64,000 nt of DNA. It comes from Bacteroidaceae bacterium (lineage in GTDB: Bacteria > Bacteroidota > Bacteroidia > Bacteroidales > Bacteroidaceae). How positions within the stretch are numbered: the stretch's first letter is position 1; each line of letters starts with the position of its first letter. The stretch is from positions 403 to 64,402 of the forward strand of contig JAZUFR010000022.1 in assembly GCA_045640825.1 (NCBI GenBank), read 5' to 3'. The notes beneath the pieces were generated by a model. It saw only the letters and a list, made by a program, of their open reading frames with translations. It had not been told where the DNA came from and did not search any database. Position numbers and translations under genes: made by a program. This document shows, piece after piece, positions 39,938 to 48,819 of this stretch.

Positions 39938-41140
39938 TTATCTCTCCTCATCCGGATGAACGCTATAGTAAGCGCGCAGCGGGGTTGATGTAATCTTAAT
40001 GAATCCCTTGGCGTCATCGGCGGTCCATGCCTTGGCACCCTCACCATACTCACCAAGCTTGTTGTGAACAAGGTCATCAGGAGTATCGCAACCTACTGTC
40101 TGGAAACTGTATGGACGCAGCTCCAGGGTAACAGTGCCGTTCACATTTCTCTGTGAGCTTGCCAGCATAGCCTCTATATCGGGCATAACAGGCTCCAGGT
40201 ACTGTGACTCATGCAGGAACATTCCGTACCAGTTTGCAACCTGCTCCTTCCAGTACTGCTGCCACTTGCTCAGGGTATATTTCTCAAGGAACCTGTGTGC
40301 AGCAATGATCAGCATTGGGGCAGCAGCCTCAAAGCCTACACGGCCCTTAATTCCGATGATGGTGTCGCCAACGTGGCAGTCACGGCCAATGGCGTAGCTT
40401 GCGCCAATCTCCTCAACAGCCTGGATAGCCTTGATATGGTCAGTATATTTCTGTCCGTTCACGCCAACCAATTCACCCTTCTCAAAGTCAAGGCTCAGAA
40501 TCTCTGAACCCTCTTTTGTTGGGTGCTTCAGGTATGCGCTCTCTGGCAGACCCTGTTTTGAATCAAGTATCTCACCACCGCAGATGGAAGTTCCCCATAT
40601 ACCTACGTTATATGAATACTTGAGCTTTGTAAAATCTGCGCTAAAACCATTTGCATTCAGATAGTCAATCTCCTCCTTGCGGCTAAGGTTGCGGTCACGT
40701 GTAAGTGTAATAATCTCCACGCCCGGTGCCTTTACCAGGAAAGTCATGTCAAAACGGATCTGGTCATTGCCGGCTCCGGTTGAACCATGTGCAATTGCAT
40801 CGGCACCAATCTGGTTTGCATAGTCTGCAATTGCAAGTGCCTGGAATATACGTTCCGATGACACAGAGATTGGATAGCAGTTGTTACGCAGTACATTACC
40901 AAAAACCATGTACTTGAGTGACTTCTGGTAATACTCCTGGGTTACATCCAGTGTTACATATTTTACTGCGCCCAGCTTGTAGGCATTCTCCTCGTTCTTC
41001 TTGAGTTGTTCAGCGCTGAATCCGCCTGTGTTGGCGCAGGCCGCATAAACCTCGTAGCCCATTTCCTTTGTAAGGTACATTACATTGTAACTGGTGTCCA
41101 GTCCGCCCGAAAAGGCTACTACAACTTTTTTCTTTGCCAT
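39938..41140 (-). CDS. argG: argininosuccinate synthase
   Basis: MAKKKVVVAFSGGLDTS N-terminus (ATG 41140). The track start at 41167 is an extension. Confidence 0.92.
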   Translation of the reverse strand: MAKKKVVVAFSGGLDTSYNVMYLTKEMGYEVYAACANTGGFSAEQLKKNEENAYKLGAVKYVTLDVTQEYYQKSLKYMVFGNVLRNNCYPISVSSERIFQALAIADYANQIGADAIAHGSTGAGNDQIRFDMTFLVKAPGVEIITLTRDRNLSRKEEIDYLNANGFSADFTKLKYSYNVGIWGTSICGGEILDSKQGLPESAYLKHPTKEGSEILSLDFEKGELVGVNGQKYTDHIKAIQAVEEIGASYAIGRDCHVGDTIIGIKGRVGFEAAAPMLIIAAHRFLEKYTLSKWQQYWKEQVANWYGMFLHESQYLEPVMPDIEAMLASSQRNVNGTVTLELRPYSFQTVGCDTPDDLVHNKLGEYGEGAKAWTADDAKGFIKITSTPLRAYYSVHPDEER

Positions 41141-41144
41141 CTTA

Positions 41145-41750
41145 TTATTCAATATCAATTCCTTCAATCTTTTTAATCCTATCTATAACATCCTGAGTCA
41201 GCTTGGCTGGCAGATATTCTTCAGGATCATAGAGCATACCGGTACATATACAGTACTTTCTGCCTGTACGGTGCAGTACATCTACATTTACACAGCCCTC
41301 ACATCCCTTCCAGAAAGCCTCATCCTCAGTAAGGTCTGCAAATGTTACAGGCTTGTACCCAAGCTGGGTATTCATGGCCATCACTGCAGCTCCGCTGGTC
41401 AGGGAGAATATCTTGGCATGTGGCCAACGGATACGCGCCAGGGTAAAGGTCATGTCCTTTATCCTCTTGGCCAGACCCAGTCCACGGTAGTCCGGATGAA
41501 CTATCAGGCCCGATGTAGTCACATATTTCTTGTCCTGCCAGGTTTCAATATAACTGAATCCGGCAAACTTGTCACCGTCAAGGGCAATTACGGCCTTGGC
41601 CTCTCTCATCTTCTTTACAACGTACTCGTTGCTACGCTTGGCTATTCCGGTACCGCGTACCTTTGCTGCCTCAGATATGGTCTCAAGAATAGTATCAACG
41701 TACTTCTCGTGTGACTCATCGGCCACAACCACATCAATTCTGTTTTCCAT
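41145..41750 (-). CDS. GNAT family N-acyltransferase of the arginine operon
   Basis: About 201 aa GNAT fold (…VHPDYRGLGLAKRIK…) between argR and argG. ATG at 41750 preferred over the TTG at 41756. Confidence 0.7.
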   Translation of the reverse strand: MENRIDVVVADESHEKYVDTILETISEAAKVRGTGIAKRSNEYVVKKMREAKAVIALDGDKFAGFSYIETWQDKKYVTTSGLIVHPDYRGLGLAKRIKDMTFTLARIRWPHAKIFSLTSGAAVMAMNTQLGYKPVTFADLTEDEAFWKGCEGCVNVDVLHRTGRKYCICTGMLYDPEEYLPAKLTQDVIDRIKKIEGIDIE

Positions 41751-41772
41751 CTCCAATAAATAAAAAACGAAC

Positions 41773-42255
41773 TTACAATGAAACGATTATGGGTTCAAGC
41801 AAACGCTTTATCTCCGTACGGCTTGCCCCCTCCGAAAGAACAATAAGCAGGGTATCATCGCCAGCTATTGTTCCCAGGACATTTGGAAAATTATGATTAT
41901 CAACATCGTATGCAAGACTGCTTGCATATCCCGGTTTTGTTCTGATAACGGCCATATTGCCAGAGAAATTCAGAGAAACAAATCCATATCGAGGCTGGCT
42001 AGATGCTACTCCTTCCACTGTAATGCCGGCATTCTTTTTCTGAAGCAGGGCATGATTGGGCAATACATAAAGGTAATCACCATACGTATTGGCAACCTTG
42101 GAGATCTTCATTTTCTTGAGATCCCTGGACAGGGTAGCCTGCGTTACAGAGTAACCACGGGAATTCAGCACCTGCAAAAGCTGGTCCTGATTCTTTATAT
42201 CCTGCTCGGAAATAATGAGCCGGATAGCCTCCAGGCGATTGTTCTTATTCTTCAT
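41773..42255 (-). CDS. argR: arginine repressor
   Basis: Winged-helix N-terminus (…QATLSRDLKKM…) and C-terminal GTIAGDDT motif. Start at MKNKNNRLEAIR (ATG 42255). Confidence 0.9.
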   Translation of the reverse strand: MKNKNNRLEAIRLIISEQDIKNQDQLLQVLNSRGYSVTQATLSRDLKKMKISKVANTYGDYLYVLPNHALLQKKNAGITVEGVASSQPRYGFVSLNFSGNMAVIRTKPGYASSLAYDVDNHNFPNVLGTIAGDDTLLIVLSEGASRTEIKRLLEPIIVSL

Positions 42256-42282
42256 AATGTATAAATATTCTCGTTGCGACTG

Positions 42283-42290
42283 CAAAATTA
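42283..42290 (-). promoter_or_regulatory. -7 box TAATTTTG for the argR operon
   Basis: Exact TAnnTTTG match, 28 nt upstream of the argR ATG. Confidence 0.5.
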
Positions 42291-42320
42291 GTTATAAAAC
42301 GGATTCATTATACAATATAC

Positions 42321-42357
42321 CTTGAAATAAATATGCAATTATAATAAAAATATGCGA
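42321..42357 (-). promoter_or_regulatory. candidate tandem ARG boxes
   Basis: The minus strand reads TCGCATATTTTTATTATAATTGCATATTTATTTCAAG. This contains two adjacent A/T-rich ~18-mers of the form T(C/T)GCATAT(T)TTTATT, resembling ArgR/AhrC operators, just upstream of the -7 box. Confidence 0.3.
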
Positions 42358-42430
42358 GAGACGGCCATCCAGGCCGCCTCCCGTTATGCATAATGAATAT
42401 TCCTTTTATTCCCTATCCTACAGATTTTCT

Positions 42431-43756
42431 TTAATCAAGCTCCTGATCGGCCTCGTATCCGCCAAGCAGGCGAATCTCATTCTTGAGCATGGCAAACTGC
42501 TGGAACAGGTCATGTACCGGGCTCTCATTGTCGTAGGTCATAGGTTTCTTTACATAGAATGACAGCCATTCCTGAACTCCCTTGAGGCCAGCTCTCAGGG
42601 CAAGGTCGGTAAACAGCGCAAGATCCAGGCATATAGGTGCAGCCAGGATAGAATCCCTGCACAGGAAATTTACCTTTATCTGCATTGGGTAATTCATCCA
42701 GCCAAATATGTCTATATTGTCCCAGCTCTCCTTGTTGTCTCCACGTGGGGGATAGTAGTTGATCTTTACCTTATGATATATATCGGAATACAGTTCGGGG
42801 TAATTCTCCTTGTCCAGGATCCATTCTATGCTGGATGCCTTGCTTATGCGCTTGGTCTCAAAATTATCCGGATGCTCTATTACCTGACCGTCGCGGTTGC
42901 CCAGGATATTTGTAGAGAACCATCCTTCCACACCCAGCATTCGGGTTGCAAAAATAGGAGCCATGGCAGTTTTCATCATGGTCTGTCCACTCTTGAAATC
43001 CTTACCAACAATGGGGAGTCCCTGTTTGTGGGACAGCTCAAACATGGCTGGTATATCTACGCATACATTAGGTGCACCCATTATGAAAGGACATCCTTCC
43101 ATAAGTGCAGCGTAGGCATAAACCATGCTTGGAGAAATATGCTTTCGGTCATCGTTCCTGAGCGCGGCCTCAAATCCTGCAAGTGTTCCGTGAACCTCCT
43201 CATTCCTTGGGGTATATGCCTCGGTACTGGCAATCCAGAACACAATAACGCGGTCACAGCCGTTGTTCTTCTTGAATTCGCGTATGTCGTTCCTTATATT
43301 CTGCGCATAGTTCCAGCGGGTATCCTCCGGCATGGCCCAGACAGGATCTGGAATACGGCCAAATTCAGGGTCAAGAAGATTCTGGGCGTAGTTACGGTCA
43401 AAACAAGCCTTCATGGGGCGTATCTGTTCCAGCTCATCACGGACAGGTTCAATATCCTCCTTGCGCAGGACCTTGCAGAACATAGCGCTCTGGTAGGCAT
43501 TATCAGTAAAAACATCCCATGCACCAAAAACCACGTCATTCAGGCTGGCCATGGGCACTATATCTGTTACCTTTTTATATTGTTTGTTCTCTCCGCGGCC
43601 CACACGCATCTTACCGAGCTGTGCAAATGAACCCACTGGATTGGCCAGGCCCTTTCTGGCCATGAGAGTACCGGTTATGAAAGTAGTTGCAACTGCTCCC
43701 AGACCTACGCTTAATACACCCAGTTTTCCCTGAGCCGGCTTTATATTATTCTCCAT
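42431..43756 (-). CDS. inositol-3-phosphate synthase (myo-inositol-1-phosphate synthase family)
   Basis: About 441 aa. N-terminal NAD-binding GVLSVGLGAVATT and family-typical sequence throughout. Start at MENNIKPAQGK (ATG 43756). Confidence 0.8.
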   Translation of the reverse strand: MENNIKPAQGKLGVLSVGLGAVATTFITGTLMARKGLANPVGSFAQLGKMRVGRGENKQYKKVTDIVPMASLNDVVFGAWDVFTDNAYQSAMFCKVLRKEDIEPVRDELEQIRPMKACFDRNYAQNLLDPEFGRIPDPVWAMPEDTRWNYAQNIRNDIREFKKNNGCDRVIVFWIASTEAYTPRNEEVHGTLAGFEAALRNDDRKHISPSMVYAYAALMEGCPFIMGAPNVCVDIPAMFELSHKQGLPIVGKDFKSGQTMMKTAMAPIFATRMLGVEGWFSTNILGNRDGQVIEHPDNFETKRISKASSIEWILDKENYPELYSDIYHKVKINYYPPRGDNKESWDNIDIFGWMNYPMQIKVNFLCRDSILAAPICLDLALFTDLALRAGLKGVQEWLSFYVKKPMTYDNESPVHDLFQQFAMLKNEIRLLGGYEADQELD

Positions 43757-43783
43757 ATCGCAAACTTTCAGTCTATATTCAAG

Positions 43784-43791
43784 CAAAAGTA
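43784..43791 (-). promoter_or_regulatory. -7 box TACTTTTG for the inositol-3-phosphate synthase gene
   Basis: Exact TAnnTTTG match, 28 nt upstream of the ATG. Confidence 0.5.
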
Positions 43792-43888
43792 ACCAAAAAA
43801 CCCATAGGTAGTCCCGTTTGTCTAAAAAGTTTAATAAATCCCCCTATTCAACAAAAGGAACCAGCCTAATCCGCACAGCCAAGCAGCA

Positions 43889-44009
43889 GGGTCGGGCGTT
43901 ACGCCTCGCCTACAAAATAGCCCAGCTTGGAGGAGCCCGGAACGGGCGAGCGCGGCTGGAGGCCGCCACTTTCGCGGAGCGAAATAAAAGAAGGGAAAGA
44001 CATTCCGAC
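43889..44009 (+). repeat. inverted partial copy of the tRNA-Pro 3' portion, split by an ~89-nt GC-rich insert
   Basis: GGGTCGGGCGTT (43889-43900) is the exact reverse complement of 44060-44071 inside tRNA-Pro. TCGCCT follows. CATTCCGAC (44001-44009) is the reverse complement of 44041-44049, the tRNA 3' end. The insert carries the hairpins GCCCG-GAA-CGGGC and GCGGC-TGGAG-GCCGC. Confidence 0.5.
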
Positions 44010-44040
44010 AAAAAAAACTCAGCGTTTGCTGAGTTTTTAT
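44010..44040. terminator. bidirectional intrinsic terminator 3' of tRNA-Pro
   Basis: Stem CTCAGC (44018-44023) / GCTGAG (44028-44033), loop GTTT, flanked by A8 and T5 runs that extend the stem. Confidence 0.65.
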
Positions 44041-44041
44041 G

Positions 44042-44114
44042 TCGGAATGAGGCGACTCGAACGCCCGACCCCTACGTCCCGAACGTAGTGCGCTACCAAC
44101 TGCGCTACATTCCG
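44042..44114 (-). tRNA. tRNA-Pro (anticodon CGG)
   Basis: The reverse complement CGGAATGTAGCGCAGTTGGTAGCGCACTACGTTCGGGACGTAGGGGTCGGGCGTTCGAGTCGCCTCATTCCGA gives a clean cloverleaf, anticodon loop TTCGGGA. Confidence 0.93.
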
Positions 44115-44131
44115 ATTATCCTTAGACGATG

Positions 44132-44139
44132 CAAAGGTA
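44132..44139 (-). promoter_or_regulatory. -7 box TACCTTTG for tRNA-Pro
   Basis: Exact TAnnTTTG match, 18 nt upstream of the mature 5' end. Confidence 0.5.
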
Positions 44140-44202
44140 TACCATTTTTTAATGATATGAACATTTTTGTGCCCAAAAACTTGCGGGTATAGAAAAAGTA
44201 CG

Positions 44203-44210
44203 TATCTTTG
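44203..44210 (+). promoter_or_regulatory. -7 box TATCTTTG for tRNA-Phe
   Basis: Exact TAnnTTTG match, 27 nt upstream of the mature 5' end. Confidence 0.5.
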
Positions 44211-44236
44211 CACCCGCATTAGGAACAAATGCTCTT

Positions 44237-44309
44237 GGTGCCATAGCTCAGTTGGTAGAGCAAAGGACTGAAAATCCTTGTGTCCCTGGTTCGATTCCCG
44301 GTGGCACCA
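44237..44309 (+). tRNA. tRNA-Phe (anticodon GAA)
   Basis: GGTGCCATAGCTCAGTTGGTAGAGCAAAGGACTGAAAATCCTTGTGTCCCTGGTTCGATTCCCGGTGGCACCA. Perfect acceptor stem, anticodon loop CTGAAAA, one U:C mismatch in the T stem. Confidence 0.9.
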
Positions 44310-44310
44310 C

Positions 44311-44343
44311 AAAAAAAAGACGCTTTTAAAGGCGTCTTTTTTT
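44311..44343. terminator. bidirectional intrinsic terminator (tRNA-Phe / GSCFA gene)
   Basis: Stem AAAGACGC (44316-44323) / GCGTCTTT (44332-44339), flanked by A8 and T-runs. Confidence 0.7.
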
Positions 44344-44378
44344 GTTGTTGCTGGGTTACTTACTACCTACATATAATA

Positions 44379-45323
44379 TTAACCCCGTATCCTTTTAAGG
44401 AACTGTTCGTATTCATTCTGGCGTTTGGCCAGGAAGGATTGGGCTGCTGGAGTATCAGGGTTCAGGATCTTATGGTTCATCATGGAATAAATGCGCCCGG
44501 CCTCATTCAGATTCTCGCGTTCTGAGTCCATAAGGATAAAATCCATAAAACGCTCAAATACATAATCAGCAGCAAGGGCCGATGGATGCATCATGTCATC
44601 GGCATAGAAACGGTAATCACGCAACTCATCCAGCAGGATTTCATAGGCAGGGAAATAGTGCGCATTGGGGAATCGCTTTACCAATCTGTCTACACCCATA
44701 AGCAGGGTTGCCTTACTGAGCTGGTTCTCATGCAGGCCATCTGCAATATGCCGTACAGGGCTTACGGTAAAAATCCACTGGCGGTTGGGATTTGCAGCTA
44801 CATACTGACTCAGGGCAGAATAAACCTGATCGGCATCCATCATACGGCGTTCAAACCTGTCGGCAGGTAGTTTATGACAGTTGCTTACCACCTGTCCACT
44901 CTCCTTTTCATAGTACACAAAAGATGTACCCAGGGTAAGTACTACCCAGCCGTTCCTATAGAAAAAGTCCGATGAATTGGCCAATTCCGTATTTGCATTC
45001 TCTAGGAACTCATCTACGGTAGGCCTGCAAAAACTGCCGTGATGATGGAATGTGCAATACCCACCCGGTGTTTGGATAACATCCTCTGGAATAAAGCTGC
45101 ATCCGTAGCTGTTTATGCCATAACCCTCCAGCAATCCCAGGCAGTCAGCAATAGAGAGAGGGTTAAAGAGTACGCCAAAAGGATTCACCCTGACGTCAAA
45201 ATAACGGTTTTCCATTCGCTGCCCTATTTCCTGGGCAAAACAGGAACCTACCATGAGCATACTGTCATGGTAGGTAAACCTTTTATCAAGAGGTTCTATC
45301 TGGACGGGAGTCTGCAGTTTCAT
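44379..45323 (-). CDS. GSCFA domain-containing protein
   Basis: 314 aa with the eponymous motif MLMVGSCFAQEIG near the N-terminus. Confidence 0.8.
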   Translation of the reverse strand: MKLQTPVQIEPLDKRFTYHDSMLMVGSCFAQEIGQRMENRYFDVRVNPFGVLFNPLSIADCLGLLEGYGINSYGCSFIPEDVIQTPGGYCTFHHHGSFCRPTVDEFLENANTELANSSDFFYRNGWVVLTLGTSFVYYEKESGQVVSNCHKLPADRFERRMMDADQVYSALSQYVAANPNRQWIFTVSPVRHIADGLHENQLSKATLLMGVDRLVKRFPNAHYFPAYEILLDELRDYRFYADDMMHPSALAADYVFERFMDFILMDSERENLNEAGRIYSMMNHKILNPDTPAAQSFLAKRQNEYEQFLKRIRG

Positions 45324-45367
45324 AGATACTCTGTCACACCTCCTCGGGGAGGTTGTGTATTGATTTG

Positions 45368-46273
45368 TCAGTCAATGTTCTTTTTCTCTGCAGACCAATC
45401 CTGGCGAGACTCAAGTCCACATGGCTTTCCGGTAAACATGGCACCGGCCTCCTTGTTTCCCTTGAGCTGCCACTCAAGCCATGCTGTAGCCACTACAGAG
45501 AACTCACCGCCATGAGGCTGAGAGTATGTTCCGCCGTGTCCTACTGGGAAATTGGCTGCAAAGGCTGGTACATGGTCAATCCTATGGAAATCATCCATAC
45601 CGTTCTCATAGGCAATGTCGGTAGGACCACCCAGGAGATACATAATAGGAGTATGGATTTTCTTAAGATCCTCTTTCTGAGGCATTGGCATGTTGGGAAC
45701 AGCGCCAGACGGATCAATAAAACTACCGCTGTTGCAAATCATTACGGTCTTAAGACGCTTGTCGGCCGCATTGACCAAGGTCTGCAGACCACCGCATGAC
45801 ATACCTGCAGCAGCTATGTTGTCTACATCCAGCTTACCATAGTACGGGCTGTTCTTATCGGCATTCTGGGCTATGGCCCAGTCAAGACCCTCAATCTGCT
45901 GTTCGCTCTTGGACATGGCACCGCGATACTGCTGTCCCGGAGCCGGCCAATAACCTATAGCCACTACCATGAATCCATGAGATGCAATCTCACTCAGGAA
46001 ATTCTGGTGTTCCCAGGGACTGTTGGTACAAGCTCCATTACCCCATACAAGTATTGGCAGAGGATTCTTCTTGCCAAAGGGGGTAAGGTCGGCTGGACGG
46101 AATATGGTGTGGGCTTCAAGGCTTGGCTCGGTAACCATGATAGCCTTGTATTTACCGGTTCCACCATCCTCAACCACACGGTTGTCTGTATAAGTCTCTT
46201 TTACCTGGCTGTTACAGTTTACCATTGCAGTAGCAGCCAGCACTGCTGTCAATACAAACTTAAGGTTCTTCAT
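45368..46273 (-). CDS. secreted alpha/beta hydrolase, putative carbohydrate esterase
   Basis: Signal peptide and nucleophile elbow GMSCGG (GxSxG). Sits in tight tandem with a GH gene. Confidence 0.55.
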   Translation of the reverse strand: MKNLKFVLTAVLAATAMVNCNSQVKETYTDNRVVEDGGTGKYKAIMVTEPSLEAHTIFRPADLTPFGKKNPLPILVWGNGACTNSPWEHQNFLSEIASHGFMVVAIGYWPAPGQQYRGAMSKSEQQIEGLDWAIAQNADKNSPYYGKLDVDNIAAAGMSCGGLQTLVNAADKRLKTVMICNSGSFIDPSGAVPNMPMPQKEDLKKIHTPIMYLLGGPTDIAYENGMDDFHRIDHVPAFAANFPVGHGGTYSQPHGGEFSVVATAWLEWQLKGNKEAGAMFTGKPCGLESRQDWSAEKKNID

Positions 46274-46276
46274 ATC

Positions 46277-48817
46277 TTATTTTTTTGTAATTGTCAATAC
46301 ACCTGCCGAAAGGGATGGAATTTCCAGGATAACATCGTTTCCATCAATGTTTCCGGCTGTTTTCCTGAGTTCCACGGCATTCTTGTTCTCCATGCTGTTT
46401 GCCACTGTAAGTGAACCTGGGGCAAAGTATTCAAACTCAGTCTGTCCAACCCCGTCCCAGTTACCCTTTACACGGAGAGAGTATGTATTCTCTGTAGGAT
46501 TTACCACCTTTACAATAACATCTCTGCCATTCTCAGAGAGCGTGGTACTTACACTCAGGTTTCCGGTCTCACCCTCATAGTCAAGACGGTACTTTGAGAA
46601 GTGGTTGTACCAGAGTTCTGTTACCTGATAGTTTGGAGCCACAAACAGGTCCTTGTAGTCAAAGTTAATGAAAGCATTGTTCCAGTCAGGTGAATCGGTG
46701 CGGCGTATGAACAGTGCTGCTGCACCCATGGCCACCACGTCACGGGCCTCACAGGTATTTAGGAATCCACCGGCAAACAGACCTGTGCGCCAGTCAATGC
46801 TGTTAAGGTTCCACTCAGAGATAAAGAGCTTTATATTTGGGTTAGGTCCCTGGGCAAACCACTCGGCATAGCGGTCATACTGCTGGCCCAGACGTGCAGG
46901 ACCGGTAGCATAGCCACCTTGCTGCTCGTAATGGTGCAGGCTCATGTAGTCAAAATAGTTGCCAGAGCGCTTAATGAACTGCTCGTCCTCAGGGAATCCA
47001 CCGCAGGCAATGATCTTGATTGTTGGGTCAATCTCACGCATGGCAGTACCAAAGTCACGTACGCATCTCTCATAGCGGTCAATACCCATCTCCCACATCT
47101 CATTGTCTATCTCCCAGTACTTTACGTTGTATGGTTCAGGATGTCCGTTTGCGGCGCGCTTGGCACCCCACTCATCTGTTGCAGGGGCATTGCAGTAGCG
47201 CAGCCAGTTCAGTGCATCCTGCTTAATCTGCTCATATTCATCTTCCGGGCGCTCAAACTTAACGCTTACAACCATTACAGGCTCAGAGTTGACCTCACGG
47301 CAGAACTTTATGAACTCATCGGTACCAAAGCAGTTCTGGTCATAGTCCATCCACATCCAGTGATCCCAGCGACGGCGGTTCTCCTGCGGACCTATACCCC
47401 ACTGCCAGTTGTACTGGGCCACGTAGCCACCACCCGGCCAGCGCAGGCATGTTGGATGCAGATCCTTGACTGCCTGCAGGATGTCGGGACGGAAACCGCC
47501 CAGGTCAAGTCCTGTCTGTGTGGACATGGTAGCCTGGTCAACCTGGATATTGCCCTTTGGCATTACTCCTATCACGAATTCTGCTGTACCGCTGTTTGAA
47601 CCGGCGTTCATAGAGAACTCATATTTTTTCCAATCCTTGCTTACCTTACCTAAGGACTGCTCCACAAACCATACGCCGTTCTCGTCGCGCAGGCCCACAA
47701 CAAGTGTTCCCTTACCCTTGGCATAGATTGAACCTACGTATGTCTCGCCCGGAACAACGCTCTGCGGACCCTGGCTTACACCGGTCATCTTCTTGCCGGC
47801 AACAATACGCTGTGAATACTCCATGTTTATGGCATCGCCCTTTACAAGGCTGAACTTGCCGTCACCGAACGGATTCCACTGCTGGGCAACGGCCGGAATC
47901 TGCACGTCACCCGGAGTACCCTCAAACAGCACCTTACCATTGGCAGCATCGGTCACCTTAATATTGCGATAGTAAGCCTCAGTATAGTTTACCCAGAATG
48001 TAAGATAGTTCTTCTGGGCTTTCTCAAGTCCGTCATAGTTTACAACCTCCTTGTCATCAAAATAGACGGTAGCCTTGCTGCCACGGCTCTCCACACGCAG
48101 TTTGTGCCACTGCTGGTCCTCATTGACCTGCTGTTTGGTTGCAGGGGCCGATGCCAACGGAGTAAGTGTGCTCATGCGGCGTCCCGGACGGCCGCCAAAT
48201 CCGGCAGACTCACGTTCCTCCATTGCGCAGATAGAGAAGTCGGCCGTTGTGCTCTGCTGCTGCAGGGCTGCACGGGCGGGTGCCTCATTGGCAGCATCAA
48301 TCTGAGACTGGGTCTGGGCAGGTGTAAAAGTACGTCCTTCATAATAGGGATCGTGTATGCGTACGTAGTACGGCGAACCGTCCTCCTTGTTGCGGAATGC
48401 AAAGCGTATGTCCAGCAGTCCACCGCTCCATGAACGGCGGGCCAGCTTGTATGAACGCCAGTTCACATCCATGGTAATGTCAAAGTCACAGGTCTCAAGG
48501 CTGTCAATCTTGAGTGGCTGCTCATAACGGGTAGGCGAATGCAGGACCATGTCATCGTCCATGAACCAGCCGTCAAAATAGCCGTCACGTGGATGTATGC
48601 CAGGATACTGCTCCGGTTCAAAGGAACGCTCAAAAATCATCTCGTTCCAAACACCGTTGTTGGCCGAAAAATAGATATGTTCAAACAACTGACCATAGAG
48701 CATCTCATCAATAATGCCGCTTGGCTTACTGCTGTTTACACTAATCTCAACTTCATCCTGGGAGATGACTGGCGCGGCCATCAGCATGGCAGCAAAAAAG
48801 AGCATTGTTTTTTTCAT
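46277..48817 (-). CDS. GH51-like glycoside hydrolase (alpha-L-arabinofuranosidase type) with long N-terminal accessory region
   Basis: 846 aa with a signal peptide. The (beta/alpha)8 part carries LRWPGGGYVAQYNWQWGIGP, acid/base context YWEIDNEMW and nucleophile context FISEWN (compare GH51 GNEMDG / DEWN). C-terminal beta-sandwich. Confidence 0.6.
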   Translation of the reverse strand: MKKTMLFFAAMLMAAPVISQDEVEISVNSSKPSGIIDEMLYGQLFEHIYFSANNGVWNEMIFERSFEPEQYPGIHPRDGYFDGWFMDDDMVLHSPTRYEQPLKIDSLETCDFDITMDVNWRSYKLARRSWSGGLLDIRFAFRNKEDGSPYYVRIHDPYYEGRTFTPAQTQSQIDAANEAPARAALQQQSTTADFSICAMEERESAGFGGRPGRRMSTLTPLASAPATKQQVNEDQQWHKLRVESRGSKATVYFDDKEVVNYDGLEKAQKNYLTFWVNYTEAYYRNIKVTDAANGKVLFEGTPGDVQIPAVAQQWNPFGDGKFSLVKGDAINMEYSQRIVAGKKMTGVSQGPQSVVPGETYVGSIYAKGKGTLVVGLRDENGVWFVEQSLGKVSKDWKKYEFSMNAGSNSGTAEFVIGVMPKGNIQVDQATMSTQTGLDLGGFRPDILQAVKDLHPTCLRWPGGGYVAQYNWQWGIGPQENRRRWDHWMWMDYDQNCFGTDEFIKFCREVNSEPVMVVSVKFERPEDEYEQIKQDALNWLRYCNAPATDEWGAKRAANGHPEPYNVKYWEIDNEMWEMGIDRYERCVRDFGTAMREIDPTIKIIACGGFPEDEQFIKRSGNYFDYMSLHHYEQQGGYATGPARLGQQYDRYAEWFAQGPNPNIKLFISEWNLNSIDWRTGLFAGGFLNTCEARDVVAMGAAALFIRRTDSPDWNNAFINFDYKDLFVAPNYQVTELWYNHFSKYRLDYEGETGNLSVSTTLSENGRDVIVKVVNPTENTYSLRVKGNWDGVGQTEFEYFAPGSLTVANSMENKNAVELRKTAGNIDGNDVILEIPSLSAGVLTITKK

Positions 48818-48819
48818 AT

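Noticed and set aside
43860-44000. SRP (4.5S) RNA or 6S RNA in the GC-rich intergenic segment.
   Set aside because: I could not find the conserved SRP domain-IV loop context (GGAA tetraloop closed as in …CCGGAAGGAAGCAGCC…) or a 6S-like long imperfect duplex with a central bubble. It remains an unassigned element.
43818-44312. ORFs 43818-44192 (plus strand, 124 aa) and 44037-44312 (minus strand, 91 aa).
   Set aside because: They run straight through tRNA-Pro, tRNA-Phe and their terminators, so they are not plausible coding sequences.
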